DNA of 58,111 nucleotides, filler included, from Catajapyx aquilonaris (GCA_000934665.2; 4 parts of 4 records of this genome joined end to end with filler, not necessarily neighbours in it); one strand, 5' to 3'; counted from the whole stretch's first letter, positions 11,377 through 26,293 are shown. Program-made: numbers and translations. Notes: generated from the letters alone by a model not told the origin.

Positions 11377-13917
11377 TAGTGGGGGCTCTTAGGGTCCAAA
11401 TTCGACCAGATGGGGACAGGTTGGACAAAAGCACCAAATTTTTTCCATGGAATCTGTATTGCTTACGCTTTAGATTTTTGGTAGGATCCACGTGATCAAG
11501 ACAATGGATCATGAGTTATGAGTCATAATCCATGTGACCGTGTCAGCCGGTGGATACTTCTTCAATTGTTGATACTGCCGCATTACAAATAACAATAAAT
11601 AGTTCCCCGCAGACTACTCGTGTTATTTAAGTGTTATTTAAGTGTTACTTAAATAAGCTGCACAATAGGGGGTCGATCAGGTGCATGATCAGTGTGCATG
11701 AATGTAATGGTCATTGTGTGGGGCATTCTGCGTCAATGGGGCTACCCGTTATTGCCATGACCTTTACAGGTTTTGGTCATATTGAAGTATATTGTAGTAC
11801 CAACAGACAGGTTTGCGTAACCGAGTTTGTTTCTCGGTACGACGAGTGGTTATGAAACTACAGGGTGCCCAATGTGCCAATTTTGCTCCGTAAGCATCCG
11901 TAAGCTGTTACTTGGAGGGCAACTCCCAGAGGAACAGTTAATTCCTAAACTTTGTGTGCATTTGAAAGGTAATTTCACTCCTTATGAGATGGTCATACTC
12001 GTAATAATTACGAGTATGACCATCTCATAAGGGTCTTCTTAATTATTAAGAAGACAAAAAAAAATTAAATAAAAATGATGGTCAAAAAATTTCTTATTTT
12101 GATGTTGATCATTAATGGACCTCTGCGATTTATTTTGAACGGCACTTAAAATGATAAGTGAAATGTTTACTTGGGATTCCGCAAAATCTGGAGAACCCCT
12201 GTTCCCTGATTCAAGAACTCTACCGAGGTAACCTTAAATACCGATGTCAATGGCCGAGTAAAATGATAAATTGGATGAAGTTAAAAGAGATTCCCATTTT
12301 AATGGGCTTCTCAGTGAGGAAGGTGCAAGTTTCAGAATCTTTCTTGTCGTGTATGGATGGCCAAAAAAATTATCCCGTGGCTGAATGATTGATTGGATAT
12401 TTGTCGATCCAGAAATAATATTACAGCAGCCACTTCAGCATTTACGTAACTGTTATTAAGCAACAATATGATAAAACGTTCTCTTTAAAACCGCTGACCA
12501 TGCGAACTTGACGTGTGGACAGTTGCCAATCCAGGGACACATGCGACAATGGTATTTTGGAATGATGTTGTATATGTCGTATTTCGTGTTGGGCAGTTTA
12601 TTAGGGTTCATTGTTGAACACAAGAATGGACTAACCGTGTACATAGGTGGATGGAGCAACGATGAAGATTCTTCCATAGGCCTCCAGCTATGAGCATGCC
12701 TTTCTCAACAGTTGTGTAGGCAGTAGGCTACATGTATACACTCAGGTCTGTTCTTGTGTCCAACAATGAACCCCGATAAACCGCCCTACGCGAAATGCAT
12801 CATTCCAAAACACCTTCGTTATACTGTATATATGTCCCTGGAGCAGTAACAACCCAAGCACGTGTTACGATGCTCAGAGATTTTGAAGAGAGCATCTATC
12901 ATATTGTTGCTTATTAACAATTAAGTAAGTGCTGAAATAGCAACTCTAATATTATTTCAGGATCTACAAATATCGGTAGGCCTACCCATTAAATCGCTGA
13001 GATACTTTACAATTTTATTGGGCATCCATAAATGACACGAAAAATTCTGAAACTTGTTTCTTCAGAAGCTCTTAAAAATTGTGGTCTCTTAATTAATTTA
13101 ATGTGATTTATCTTATTACTCAATGACATCGGTATTTATTGTTAACTCGGTCGAGTTCTTGAATCAGGCTTTCTCACAATATCATATGTACGTGGTAGGC
13201 CTTTATTTATTATTAGAGCAACAATATTATTTTGTGAAATTTTGTTGCCAATTTGCGGGATTTCTAGGTTTGGCGCACAAAATGCTTTTGATATTTGGCA
13301 GATATCGAATTTCTGATCTCCAGATTTGGCAGCAATCTCAAGCAAACATTTCCCGTATTATTTGAAGCGCCATTCAAAATCAGTAGTAGGGGTCGATTAA
13401 TGAGTAATATCAAAATATAAAAATTTTAGGAACCATTTTGAATTTAAATTTTGGATTTTCATGGGCATATGATGTATGACCATCTCATAGAAAGCGAAAA
13501 TACCTTTCAAATGCACACATTAAATTTAAGATTAAACCTGATCTTGTGGTCCTCCGAAGGAACAGCATATATGGGTCAAAAATGGCTAGAAAATGGGCAC
13601 ATGTGACACCCTGTAGTTTCGAAACCACGCATCGTACACATAAACAAACTCGGTTGCATAAACCCATATATGGGCACTACAACATACCCGAATATGGTCA
13701 AAATCGGAGAAGGTTGTGTGGCCAAGGGCGGCCCCTTTGACGCGGAATCCCCCTTTGCGCAGGGCGATTTCTGAAAAAATGTCACGTGACAGGACCCATG
13801 TGCACTGATCGCGTGGATCCTACCAAAAATTATTAGCATAGGACCAAACAATACTCCATGCAAAGTTTGGTGCTTTTGTCCAACTTGTCCCCTTCATCTC
13901 ACTAAGAGCCCCCACTA
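11377..13917. mobile_element. 2.5-kb non-autonomous palindromic DNA transposon (Academ-like ends)
   Basis: CTA|TAGTGGGGGCTCTTAG...CTAAGAGCCCCCACTA|CTA: TAG/CTA termini and a 3-bp TSD. Inverted similarity continues inward almost to the centre (~12690). Confidence 0.75.
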
Positions 13918-14439
13918 CTACTGCCACTTGTCATGTAACCAGGCAACCAAATAAACATGCACTGCTGTGGGCCTTTTACTATACCCTCTTCGTATACTAC
14001 ATTTGACCTCCTTCCAGCTCAGCTCGGGAAAACGCTGGAGATCTGAGCTTCACAAAATAGAATGGCATGGGCCCAGGGACCCTACAAAAAAATATTCATA
14101 ATTTTGTGACAAAAGGTTCTCGAGATATAAAGCCTCAAAAAAGGCCATTTTTCTTCCAATAATATATGATGATATATAGGTGGTGATAATCAAATTGATC
14201 ATGTACTTACAGCTATCATATAGACACCAAATTTGGCATAAAGATAGGTTACGGTCTGGGACACTATAGTCCAGTCATTTGGTAGTTTTACGGCTGGAAA
14301 GTTTTGGAGAAGTTCTGATTTTTGGGTCCTGTATGTTTTTCGAGGTGCTGATTACGAATTTCCACTCTGCCACCTCGAAAAATGTCGGGAAATATCTTAA
14401 AAATGCAAAAAACAACAAAACAATTGGACGTTTGTTTTG

Positions 14440-14539
14440 NNNNNNNNNNNNNNNNNNNNNNNNNNNNNNNNNNNNNNNNNNNNTTAATTAATTAANNNNN
14501 NNNNNNNNNNNNNNNNNNNNNNNNNNNNNNNNNNNNNNN
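14440..14539. other. Artificial contig spacer
   Basis: N44-TTAATTAATTAA-N44; the linker has stops in all six frames. Confidence 0.97.
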
Positions 14540-17500
14540 AAATACAGTTACATTTATACCTCATCCGGTGTCCGTGTTTGATTGAACCCGTGAGCTAGTA
14601 CGGAGCCAGGGACCCCGCAGGTGGGGGTTCCTGACAAGCTCAAAAGAAAGAGTGTGAAATGTAATGCGATGGTCATGTTAAAAAGTGTGGATCTAAGCTA
14701 TATCAAATTTACTGTCAGTTCTTCCTACCATGAGCCTGTTTGCACATCCAAATTTGCAATTCTCCAAAATTCATAATTCCAGGATTTTCCATTTAATGGG
14801 CATTCCAACAACATGCATCATTCCCCTGCATTAAAAGTCATACGGGCAAGTGGAAATAGCATCTGCGAAATTTTTAAACACACGATAATATTACACCAAA
14901 TTTATTATGCAACTTGCTGGAAGTTTTGATATCAAGTTATAGCTCCTAATATAGCACATCTGTGCAGCCATAGAAACACTCTAACACCCATACTGCGTAG
15001 TTGTTTTCATTCCTGTCCTAAAAACCTTTTCAAATTACACGAATTGAAGAAGAAAATAATCAGCATTTAGTACAGTATAACATCAAACAGCCCTCTGCAG
15101 TCCCATGATGTCACAAAGAGACCGAATCTAGTCGCTGTATGCTAATTCTCCTGCACCAGATACTTATTCCAACTTAACACTTTGATACGAATAAAGAAAT
15201 TTCAACAAGTTTATGCAGTTATATACATCAAGGATGCCTCCCTCCCTTTCATTTATGGCTGAATACGTGCAAAGAGCATTACGAAAGGCCTCGAAGGCAC
15301 ATGTTTTGATGTCTCATACCGCCTCTCCCAACCACTTGCATAATAGAGACCCAAAACCCAAGTTTCCTTGGAGCTGGTACACACAATAGGCTCGAACACA
15401 GCAAAAGTGATGCCCATTCGTGCTCACTTGGGAGATTCATCCTTACAAAAGAGCCTAGAGTATGCAAGTATCTTAATAAGGTGAATGATCGGATCCTCTG
15501 AAAAGGAGTATGAAGAGCTGGAAGGTAGAGGGAAGCACTAGAGGGAGGGGAGGGGGGCGCTTTCGAAATTCATGCAGAGGTGGTGGGGATCAATCTACTC
15601 CGAAGCTAATAGACAGAGCAAACCGCAGCCTGCCTTGTGCTTCTGGAGGCTAAACGAGTCTTATTCTCCTCACGGAATCCCTTTAGTTATCTTAAGGAGT
15701 TACTTGAGTTGTGGCAAGTCGATAATGAAGCCGAAGGTTACTTCCTTATATTCAGCTTGTGGGGAAAGAGCAGAAAGGAGGAGGGGGGAGCCAATATATG
15801 TGCCTTCAATTCCTCATGCTGAAGTCATGACAGGCCCCTTTGGGTTAATTGATAAGGAAATTCGTCCAAGCCGTTTGAAATGATTAGGCAGTGAGGTCAC
15901 GAACGACAAACGTTGGCGGGGAGGTTAAAGATGTGCATCTTAAACGAGAATGGAGCTAAATTTATTTGTTAATTAGCAGCCCAGTTTTTTTTTTCGTCTC
16001 TCGCTCCCCCACTTCAAGTCTTGCTGAATTTTATTGTGGTGCACGTGCTGTGATTTGCACATTATGCAGTGCGTCGGATTTTAGGCCCAGGTCTAGAAGC
16101 GGGGTTCTAAAAAAAAGAAGCGGATTTTGGAGAGAACGCGTGCGCTACTTCCCAAGACAAGCAAATTAAAGCTCACCTGACTCGAATGCGAATGGGGGTT
16201 TTCCCCTGAAACTGGTGAAGACTTGCGAGTGGTGCATGAGCTTCCCATCTCTCTCAGTTCTGGTACCCCTACCTAGATCAAGTGCTACAGGCAGCTTCCG
16301 ACCCTGCACATTCCGACCTATCCAATTGTGCCATAAAACGTTTCACTTGCGCCCGAAATTGAGCCCCGGTTTTTATTGTAACCATTGAAGCCTGCCGAGT
16401 TATCTTTATAGTTCTTGTGCTCATTCCATCGCAAGAGGTGACAAGAGCTGGACCGAAAAAAGTGCGATTTTGCTGTCAGGTTACGGCGGAGTGTACGCTT
16501 GCTAACTATCTGGCCAAAGTGATTAATGGTCCGTTTTTACGGGCTACAAAGCAGTCGACAGGAACTTCCCTTGCGCACGTATGTTTTCAGAACACAACCG
16601 ATTACCTAATGGGCTTCTGTCCGTGGTGGTCATGCTATTGGATGGGAACGTGAATGGCTATTTCGCCGAGCAAAACGACGGAAGCATTGACATGTACCAT
16701 CGTGGTCAAAAAGATGAAGACGATCAACTGGTGGCAGGCAAACTGGTGATATGTATGTGTACAGTGTGTTTCATAATAATTCAGGCAACTTTCAAGAATG
16801 TACTCTAGAACACTTTATGTAGAAGTGTCATTTGGTTTCCACAGCCTCATCGTTACCCAGATAATGGGCTTCAAATGTCAGGCGTAAAATATCATTGCAA
16901 GTTTGAAACCCTTCCATCGACCCTGCCTTTTTCAATTAAAAGGTCTGCTGTCACCATGCATTGTAAATGTAAACTATGAGGTGTCGCATAAGGCAAATCA
17001 TTGTTCCAGGTTTCAGACAAGTGAATATGCACATAATACTGACTATTATTAAATAATATCTAAACAAGATATGACAGAGGGCGTTGTTCCTATATTCAAG
17101 ATGTCTGACCTCTCTCTCTCCTGACATCTAGCGGAGAGTGGTCGTTACAAGGCTTCAGGACATTTAGCATCTCCTTTTACGAGGTGCCTACTTTCCAAGC
17201 GGGCAACTGACACAAAATCTCTTTTTCCTTTCGTCCGAGAAAAGTCTGGGCAAAATGGGGCGAGGTTGATGGACGCTGCCTGGAGGAAGTATAGAGTAGG
17301 ACAGAGGCCGTTGTAGCTTCGGAATGAGCTGGAAGGACAGTAAGCCAGTGCAGGGGCGTTGGTTCCTCTTCGTTCCAGCTTCCTTGCCCCTACTACAAGG
17401 GAGGCGATTTATGGCGCATTACCAGCGCCCTGCAACACATTGTCCGGTCTCATGCCTAATTAACCACCTCGTTCGAACGCGGGGAATGTACCCGGACCTC

Positions 17501-18368
17501 ATTTCGGGGGCAGACCAAGGGGTGTTCCCTTTGCAAATAGACCAACAATGTTGACGTTTTTCCCCCTTCCCCCATTCCCCTTTCTCTGCCTGACTCTTTT
17601 TTGACTTTTTATTCGGATGTACTTCCTTCCCTGATACTGCAAGCACTTCGTAAATGCAAGGCCCTTAACTAGTATAGAGCTCTGGAACGAAATATGCAGG
17701 GGGGTTCTGACCAGAATGAGACACATGCGTCTGGTTAGGTGGCAAGTCTCTCTGGAGGCTCAAATTACGTGTCCCAATTGCATGTAATGATGGTGGGAAG
17801 GATGGTTGGGGATTGAGCCATGGGAAACTGTAGTCAATACTTACTTCCAGAACATTGTGTTAAGGGTCAGATGTTGTTCTGAGTAATGGAGAATATTGCT
17901 ATTAGTGCGTGTAATGGCTGTGCATGGAAACGGTACGGTTTACAAGCTGACCTTACTGATCCTGTAACAGGGATGCGTATAGCATGCAGATGAAAATACG
18001 CGTTTTGTTCGCCTTGCAAGCCTTTTATGCAGTAAATCTTGAAATTCGTAGAACACACGCAAAAAAAATGCGGACGTGTTTTGCACTAAAATGTGTCTTT
18101 TACAGTAATTTACTCGCGTTTTTTAAAAAACTTGGGAGGCCATAGACCCTCACAATCAGGGAGTTTTTACAAGTGTTACACAGTTTTATGTGACAGTAAT
18201 TTATGCTTGAGCAGGGTCCATTTTCCCCTTTTCAGCCAGAAGTGATCCATATACATCAGGATCACAAGCAAGAAATTATGATTTTCAAAAAAAAAGTCCC
18301 TATCCCATGAATAAAATTATTTTCACCTATGGTATCTTGCAAATATCCGACACAAAATCTGTCCTTAA

Positions 18369-18856
18369 GGCGGCGCATTAGCAAAAAAATACGATAACAA
18401 TGCTAGCCCTTGGCGACGACCTAAACAAACTCGCTTATCCGTGGGCAGCTTATGGGGATTCGTCATGTCTACGTTTCTGCGGCCGTACGTCCGCAAAAAT
18501 GGTTCAATCTACACAGAAATTGCACCAAAAAATAGGACATGTTCTGGTGCAGTGCACCTAGTTTGTGTTTTTTTTTCATTTTCGGCCTAGAAGTGACCTT
18601 TTCATCGAGTTGAAGTGAGAGGAAAATGGCGTCTCCGAAAAGTCAATTTTTGATTAACATGGGGGACGGAATCGCGTGAAAATCTGGCAGATTTCTGCGC
18701 CCGTACGTCCACACTAATGCAATCATATCGAGTATGGTACCATTTTAACGGCCAACCTTTGCGCAGTGCGCATAGTTCATGATTTTTCAGATTTCGCGAC
18801 AAAAAAATAAAGTTCCCTCAAAAATGCGCCTACCGTATTTTTGCTAATGCGCCGCC
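18369..18856. mobile_element. MITE with TTAA-type target site (Kolobok-like GG ends)
   Basis: TTAA|GGCGGCGCATTAGCAAAAAAATACG...CGTATTTTTGCTAATGCGCCGCC|TGAA. Confidence 0.7.
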
Positions 18857-19499
18857 TGAAAAACACAGGCACACATTTTCGAATGTGAATTCTTTCTACA
18901 TCTTTTGAATGGGGCTCAAGAACACATCCCTAAAATGTCCACTTCATATTTCCAAATAACCTAGCCTAAACATTGTTTGGAGTAAGCCTTTCCGCATCCA
19001 CACTCTGTACGCAATTCAGTATGGCATTAGCGCCGCTGTCTCCTAAAGATGTCGGCCAACCATCGTGACAAATTATCTAAGAAATAACCAAATTGTTAAT
19101 TCCAAGCAACAGGGCAACCATTGCCGCAGACGAATGAGTGAGTCTTGGGCTACCTGAGACTGGAGGCGCCCACCTGTATTTATTCATCAATTGCAATTCA
19201 GATAAAATATACAATATTTATTATACAAACCAAAAATTAAACAAATTGTACCTTGACTGGTATGCACTAGTGGAAGTGGTATTCACTTCCGCCTGTGTGG
19301 CGGCATGCAGTGTGTGTGAGCGCGCATGCCGGACAGCGCACGTGATAGGGCGCGGGAGAAGTGAATCACATGTGCCGTCAATTTTAATTACATATCGTAA
19401 TCATCATCATCTTTACTGAGATAATTAACATTAAGTAACGAGTGTAACACTATAGGGTGTTTCAATGTTTTTCAACCTTCTATTATAAACAATTAAATA

Positions 19500-19780
19500 C
19501 CGTAGATGATAATTAATGAGGAGGATTTGGAGGACACTGCTGATTTGGAGAGGGGATACATCTTCAATTTTTGAAATGGACCTTAAAGGAAGCCTTATGC
19601 TGGGCATAGAACGCCTCCTGAGACTGCTTGGCCATCTCCCACAATGCTCCACCTTGCGTGACAGGGACATGCAATGTCTACTGGAGATATCAGCAAAATC
19701 TGGAGAACCGAAATGCGATTTTCTATCGATTAGAGTGTCTGATTGTTGGACAGCTGTAGCTTTTCTCGAACCTGCCGTTG
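19500..19780 (-). pseudogene. Possible degenerate hAT transposase C-terminal (dimerization) fragment
   Basis: Minus-strand remnants VPVTQ and LPLRS..ILL resemble the PVTQVSVER.FS...LRS.L motif. Heavily decayed. Confidence 0.25.
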
Positions 19781-22700
19781 GCCCTCCTCGCCGATTCCCC
19801 TCTGTCCATCCTGGCGAGCAAGTGTCGCGACCCCCNCCCCCCCCCCCCCCTTCCAGTCATATGTCTTCTTGATATATGAAAGTGCTTTAATCCTGGCGAA
19901 GGAATTGGAGTTTTTGATAGTATGCCTACTGCTACTAGCTTTTTCGCAACCAGAAAAATCCAAGTGACTGTTGAACAGTGTATATCATAATCTTTAAATA
20001 AAGAGCCTCTAATTAATAATAGGCTAGTCCTCACTGGGCTTTGTGCAGAACAATCCTAGGTCCATTTAAGCAAGAGCCTAAATTCATACTCTACTAAGTT
20101 ACAAATTTTTTCGTTTTTTACAAACACGAGTTTTACCATTTTATGTTATTACAAACACAAGCATAGTAATCCGATTGGATCTCGTATACGCGTCCCTTAT
20201 TAATTACGCACATGACGTAATTATTGCAGTTACTACAAAAAAAAGTTCCCAAAGCTACTCCACACACTTTCACAAAACGGTGCCCAATGAGGCCCTACGC
20301 TTAACAGCATTACTTCTTTTATAGATGAGCTATGTCATAGCGTGTTTTAGTAATCAGGAAAGCGTTTTCCTCTCCCCATATTCCGTCGGCCCTCTCTAAA
20401 TCAATAGCATAGGGAAAGGCCTTTAGGGTTAGCAAGTAGGGCCTTCAACGGGTTAGAAAAATGGCGAGGTGTCAACCTTGGTTTCAGACCAGCCTCTCTA
20501 TCCGCGGTTAGTTTATTCGCTCATGCAGCCCATTCGCATGCAGGCAGCTCAATTCTCCGGCCGCAAAATTATGAAAGGCGGAGGGCAAAAGAGCTTCCGA
20601 GGCCAATCTCCCTGAGCCTTGGCTGATATATTGATACAGAATTGGAACGGCAGAGGAAATAAAAATTGTGACACAGAATCCCCTCCTTCCCACTTCCGCC
20701 ATTCCTTGATCATTCCTCCTCTGCCGACTGAACAAATGCGCCTGTGGTAGAAGAACAGGATCAGAAAATGGTAGGATCGATAAGTCACCTGAGATGCCAC
20801 AGGTCGGACCGGTTTTATATAAAATTGCCTTCCGAGTGGATTACTTGTTCCTACTGGTGACAGGGATAGGCCATACCCAACTTGGGGGGTATTTCTAAAG
20901 GCTCCAGATAATCCAGGTAATCAGTTGTTATGAAGTAAGACACAGTTTGTGTAATTTGAATTGTAGATAATGATCATGAGCATCATGTGACACATGCACC
21001 TTTGTCCAGGTACGCCCAAATTACTGCCAGTATTCTGGCCAAATCCGCAAGACACGGCTATCCATATTGCGCGGGACACGTTTTCACGTGCAAGTGTAGG
21101 GTCCCGAAGAATGCACACCGTCTGAATAGGCCACAAGAGACCCATACCAAGGATGAGTGTCCCGGTTGTCCGGGACACTTTGTGTGCCTACAAACCGCGT
21201 CATTAAAACGATCCAAACCAAGTTGTGCGTGTCACTTGCGCCGCACATGGAAAGCTCTGGAGGCAGTTACACCAAACCGCAATATAGTGCGGTGCAAAAG
21301 CGGATTGAAGGAACTGCATCGGCTTTTTGACATGACAAATCAATAACATTATTATGCTGCTATTCGGCACCACAATAAACTGCACTAATGTAGCGATAAA
21401 TGTCACCGATACATTGCCATTCACGTAAATGTCCCAACATTTGATACCGGTATCAAATATAATAATCCCGATGCACAGTATTGTCCCGTTATTATAATGT
21501 GGCGTTACTATGCGCAATTGCATGTTTCCATGCCCATATATTTTTTTCCCGTCCCCTTTTCAACACCCGCCTAGCTACAAAACGTTACGAGAATGGAATC
21601 TGAAAGCAGCTTTTTCTGCACCGATAACCTCCAATATTGAGCAGCTACCTTTTTCGCCCCATTTCTCAGCCGCGTCAAAGAGTTATGACCAAATTAAATC
21701 TCAAGGGCACAATAAAGTGACCAGTCAATGACATCTCCATGGCATACCAGCATTCCAGAGACGACATCAATAAATATTTTTAAAAAAATCCCACCCATAC
21801 CACCCATTGTCCGTATTCAGAGAGGATAGCGTTGAAAAGGCTAGTTGAAACTCTCGCTCTATTTCCCAGTCGTAGGCAGGGACTTCCCAATTAGTCTCCA
21901 GGTTGAAACGACGCACATTAGATCCAGTCGGACACATGCACGGTCCGGTGTGATACTCAAAATTCTCTGGAACACCTAGCTGGGGACATTCTTTCCCTCG
22001 CATGGTTGGCATACTATCTGATGTGGAAGTCTCTTTTCAGGGTTCTATTCAACCGGAGGCAGCCAGGTGAATGATCTGTGGTTTAATTAGCCCAGTTCGT
22101 TTGGGCGGAGAGAGGGAAAAAGTGCGTGTGAGGCAAGTTTTTTTTTTTTTTTGAGGGTGGAAAAAACTGGACTGCTATAAAGAACCAAATGAGATATTCG
22201 CAGTTGTTTCCAGTTCGTCGGATTATGACCTGGGCATCTTGTGTGCTGAATTCCATGAATATGAAGGATTTTCAATGTGCAATACCTGCTGGACTTTTAG
22301 TATGAAAGTGTAGGCCCTATGTTTTATAATGATAACAGACCTGTCCGATACTTGGGATAAGAGGCCATTACACGGTTGTCAGAAACATTGAAAAATAACC
22401 CACAATAGATGAATAAAATGCGAGTGACTTAGTGAGGCAGCAGAATTAGTACGCCCATTCCCATTTACAGACACACACTTTTTCGAGGGGTGGGGAGAGG
22501 GGGGGGGGGAATACGGATAATCTTGGTTGGCAAAATGAAGCGCTTTCCCCTTCGGCTGACTTGGCTTCACAATCCTCCAATTATCGATTCATGTATAAAT
22601 TTTCGCAGTGAAGCCAGAAACCTGTTATAAATTCCCCATCAGTGCAACAGACGGGGAACAGAAGAGAAGAAAATAGAAACAGGCTGACTTTCTGAGGGGA

Positions 22701-24964
22701 GGTGGTGGGGGGTATAGAAGGCACAATTGCACTGCCAATGATAAATGAATTTCATTACACTCTGGCTCAAGTTGAGGCAGTGAAATAGGGCGCAAGGGTA
22801 GGCTGGCTGCATACAAAAGAGAAATGTGGAAAACAAAATTGTGGTGAAAGTTGAGAAAGTGGTCTTTACCTTCGGACAAAAAGCACGCAAGGAGACGGTT
22901 TTATGGCTGCAGTAGGAGAAGCGGCTGTTCCCTCTCGCTCGATACACAAGAAAGCTCATATTTCACACAGTGTCGTACTTTTTAATTAGCAATGCTCCTT
23001 AATTAGCTGCCGCTTTTGTTGCATAAATCTTGTCCTTTCTGCCAATCGCAATCTTGCCAAGAGAAGAAAATCCCAATGCGTATCCTAACGCGAAACAAAT
23101 TCCTCCGGACACGGGAATTTCGGTAATTAAAAGCGGACGTTTAATTTACGCCTGAAGCTGACCTGCAAAAAAAATATATTTTTTTAAAGGAACTACTTCA
23201 TTAAGGAAACTGGTGAGGTGAGTGTCATTTTACCTTTAGAATAAGGAATGAATGCACGTTTTCCGGAGCATTTAGGCTTCTGAATATTAAAAAAAGAAGG
23301 TTGAATAGGGGGTGGAGGTAAGTAGAAAGTGGTTACAAATCACCCGATTCTCCAAGTCCATATCCATGAAACGGAGAAAATAATTCAAACTGTCTGTATT
23401 CCCTGGATGTGGTCTCCGCTGCACAATCATCCTTATTCTTTTTTTTTTCCTCCCGGGCTGTGACATAACTACTTTTCTCTACGACACTTTGATTTAGATC
23501 CATATTATTACGTGTGTAGGCCAGAAATAGAAAAAAAAAGAGGGAGGGTAGGGCCAGAACACGAGACAATTTCAACTCCAATGGGGGCAAATGTCGCCAA
23601 ACATCTCCTTTTCCAGTCATTTCCAGGCCCGTTTCAGACAAATCGAAGATGACAGGACGCGAAAGCTTATTGCATGATTTCCCGAAAGAGGATAATATAT
23701 CGCGTTCTTGATATTTCCCCACCCCCCCCCTCCCACTATTATTTCTCCGGATTTGTGCAACTCTATTCATATAGTAGGAAGGGTATAAATCTTGATAATT
23801 TACGGCTGTCACCCATCAATAAAGGATGAAATATGAGTTGCATATAAGGAGAAGCGACTGCTCCGGCAGTCGGATTGTGTAGCGAAGAAAACGATTCCTC
23901 GCTTGGAGGCGCATTTTAGAAGGACTCAGAATTGCTCCAGAGGAAGGAAGAATGAGGATCCAAAATGCAAGAGACAGAAGTCCGCCATGGTTGCAGTGTG
24001 TTTTGCACACTCTGCGAATTTATGGCAGTTTTGCGAAACGCAGGATTTTCCAATTTTGAGGCCAGCCCAGTTAGCACTGCTGCAATTGGCAGGCTTTTTC
24101 TTTTCACGGAATTAATGATTTGTATACAGAAATTTGAGGGAGAAAGGCAAGTTTCCTGCTGGTGTGGAGCTGGGCAGGTGGGGGGTGTTGGCAGGGGAGA
24201 GGTTGGGGGGGGAGGCATTATTATTCGCATCATTGATGGGGGAGGCCATATTATAAATCGCAGTTTCACAACGCATTGGCTTCCAATGCGGTCCACCCTG
24301 CTCCCAACATGCACTAGTGGATTTATAAATTAAGCTCGACGTGATGGAATAAACTGCCGCATGAAACAATTTAATTAATAAAATTGGTTGGCAAACCTCA
24401 GACGGTTTTAATTATCCCCAAAACATTGCAGCAGCATGGGCTTGCCTAGAACGCTTCCAAACCGGTGACACTAATGAACTTAAACTGCATGCATTGCTAG
24501 CCCGTTCTATACTTGGGAGTACAATAAGAATGCCGTGATTCATGGCGTGCAGGACAGTGGGGCTACATGGCATATGTTTCAAGCTGAAAATGTGCCAGCA
24601 TATCTAAAAGAGGTAATGGTCTTCCCTGTTATGCCGTTACGACCTAAAGCGGAGAATACGCCATCATTATTTTCACCAGAAGTGTGACAACCTTGGCCAA
24701 TTTCATATAATTCTCATATGATGACCCATCCCAAACATAGTGCTGATGGGAAGGATGTGAAAATGGCGTTTGCTACGAAATGGCCTGACCCCCCAGAAAA
24801 TACCGCAAGAACATTATTTAACTCGTTGCTTTTAGTAGAGTGATACTAAGCCATGCTCATTTTGCAGTTAGACTCCTCCGACCTTGAAATAACTCCCAGC
24901 CTACGGGCCATAACTACAATTACATTCCCATGGTGGAGATGGCCCAGTAACTTCCCCCCTTAGC

Positions 24965-25090
24965 GCCACCTTACTTGACCACACCAAAGCAACTAAGGCC
25001 GTTGATACGTGCAAAGCCCTCCAGCACTCTCACTGGACTGGCCAGACATTTAGAACTAACACATGGAATGAAATCTGTTGCAGAATTGTT
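24965..25090 (+). pseudogene. Possible BED zinc-finger remnant of a hAT element
   Basis: Frameshifted DTCKAL / TGLARHLELTHG resembles the BED-finger pattern C..CK...TS.L.RHL...H. Confidence 0.3.
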
Positions 25091-26003
25091 GGAAAGTGCA
25101 GTCATGAACTGCAGGGTTATCACAGCCGGTAAAGCATGGTTTTCTGACGACGAAGCCCATTTGGGAGAGAGGCTCGCTTCCAGCACAGAACATTTCTCAG
25201 CCCTGCATGACTCGTTTGCCACCTGTCCTGCTTTTGGACGGACAGTCCTTATTTAAGCCAAATTTTACTTGTCCGGGAACTATCAACCTACACTGCTCAT
25301 ACAGTCATCCTTAGAAAGCACGCCCGCTCGCAAGTCCTAATGAGTATGGAATGTGAACTGGCTACGTTGTTTCCTCTCATGTGTGCCTTATAGCACCAGT
25401 CAATAGAGCATTTTAAGCTGCAGAGCTTTAGGCCAATCTAGTGGCAGCCTCTACCATACCTTCTCTACAGGAACAACACACCTTGTTCAGCCTCAGGGAA
25501 AACTACACTAATTAATATTCAATTTACATCACCTATGTTTAGTAATTAGTCTGTACACATAATGAAGCTCATTGGGATGAAAAAGCAACTTTTCGAAGGC
25601 AATGTTATTGGGTTTTTCAAAATATAACGAGGGTAAGCATTTCTATAGTGCAATCTATGAAGCGGCATATGCCTTTTTGGGGTGATTTTCAGTCTTGCGG
25701 CATTCACTTTAACAATATGATGAATAGTCTCTTTAAAGGCTCTATATAGCATAAGGTTCTTGCCCTCCTAAAAGTGATGATATTTATTTAATTTTAAACG
25801 GTTCTATAGTACATTCAGTACGTTAGTACAAATATGATGAAAGAGAATTTCTACATCAACACTCACTATTTACAGAAGTCTGTACTCGTATGTACTGTAC
25901 GTTTCAAAATGTATTTTCAGTAAGCACATTCAGCTCTATGATAATTATTATATTTCATGTTGCATTGACAACCCAGGTGCTAAACTACTTATGCTTATGG
26001 TGA

Positions 26004-26293
26004 TACTGTTTCCAACCCTGGGTCGCTACCCAAAATAGGATAGCCATCATGTTGTTAAGGGTCGTGGAGAATGCTTGGAAAAAAAGAATAAATATGAAGA
26101 AAATAACAGAAGAAAAGAAGGAAAATTTGGTGCGAAATTCAACTCAAATCTACATATTAAGCATATTTACATGGGTGAAGGTTCTGGCAATAAAAAATTC
26201 GGGAAAAAATCGGGATTGGGGTCAAATGGGTCGCCAGGTCTAGGAAAGGTTGTCGATAGGGTATAGCAAAAAAAAAAAGGTTTGGGACCACTG
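26004..26293. mobile_element. hAT-type MITE (degenerate)
   Basis: Left end TTTCCAACCCTGGGTCGC, internal GGGTCGC motif, right end AAAAGGTTTGGGACCACTG. Confidence 0.5.

Noticed and set aside
14484..14495. TTAATTAATTAA as a biological motif
   Set aside because: Identical and centred in all three N-runs; it is an assembly linker.
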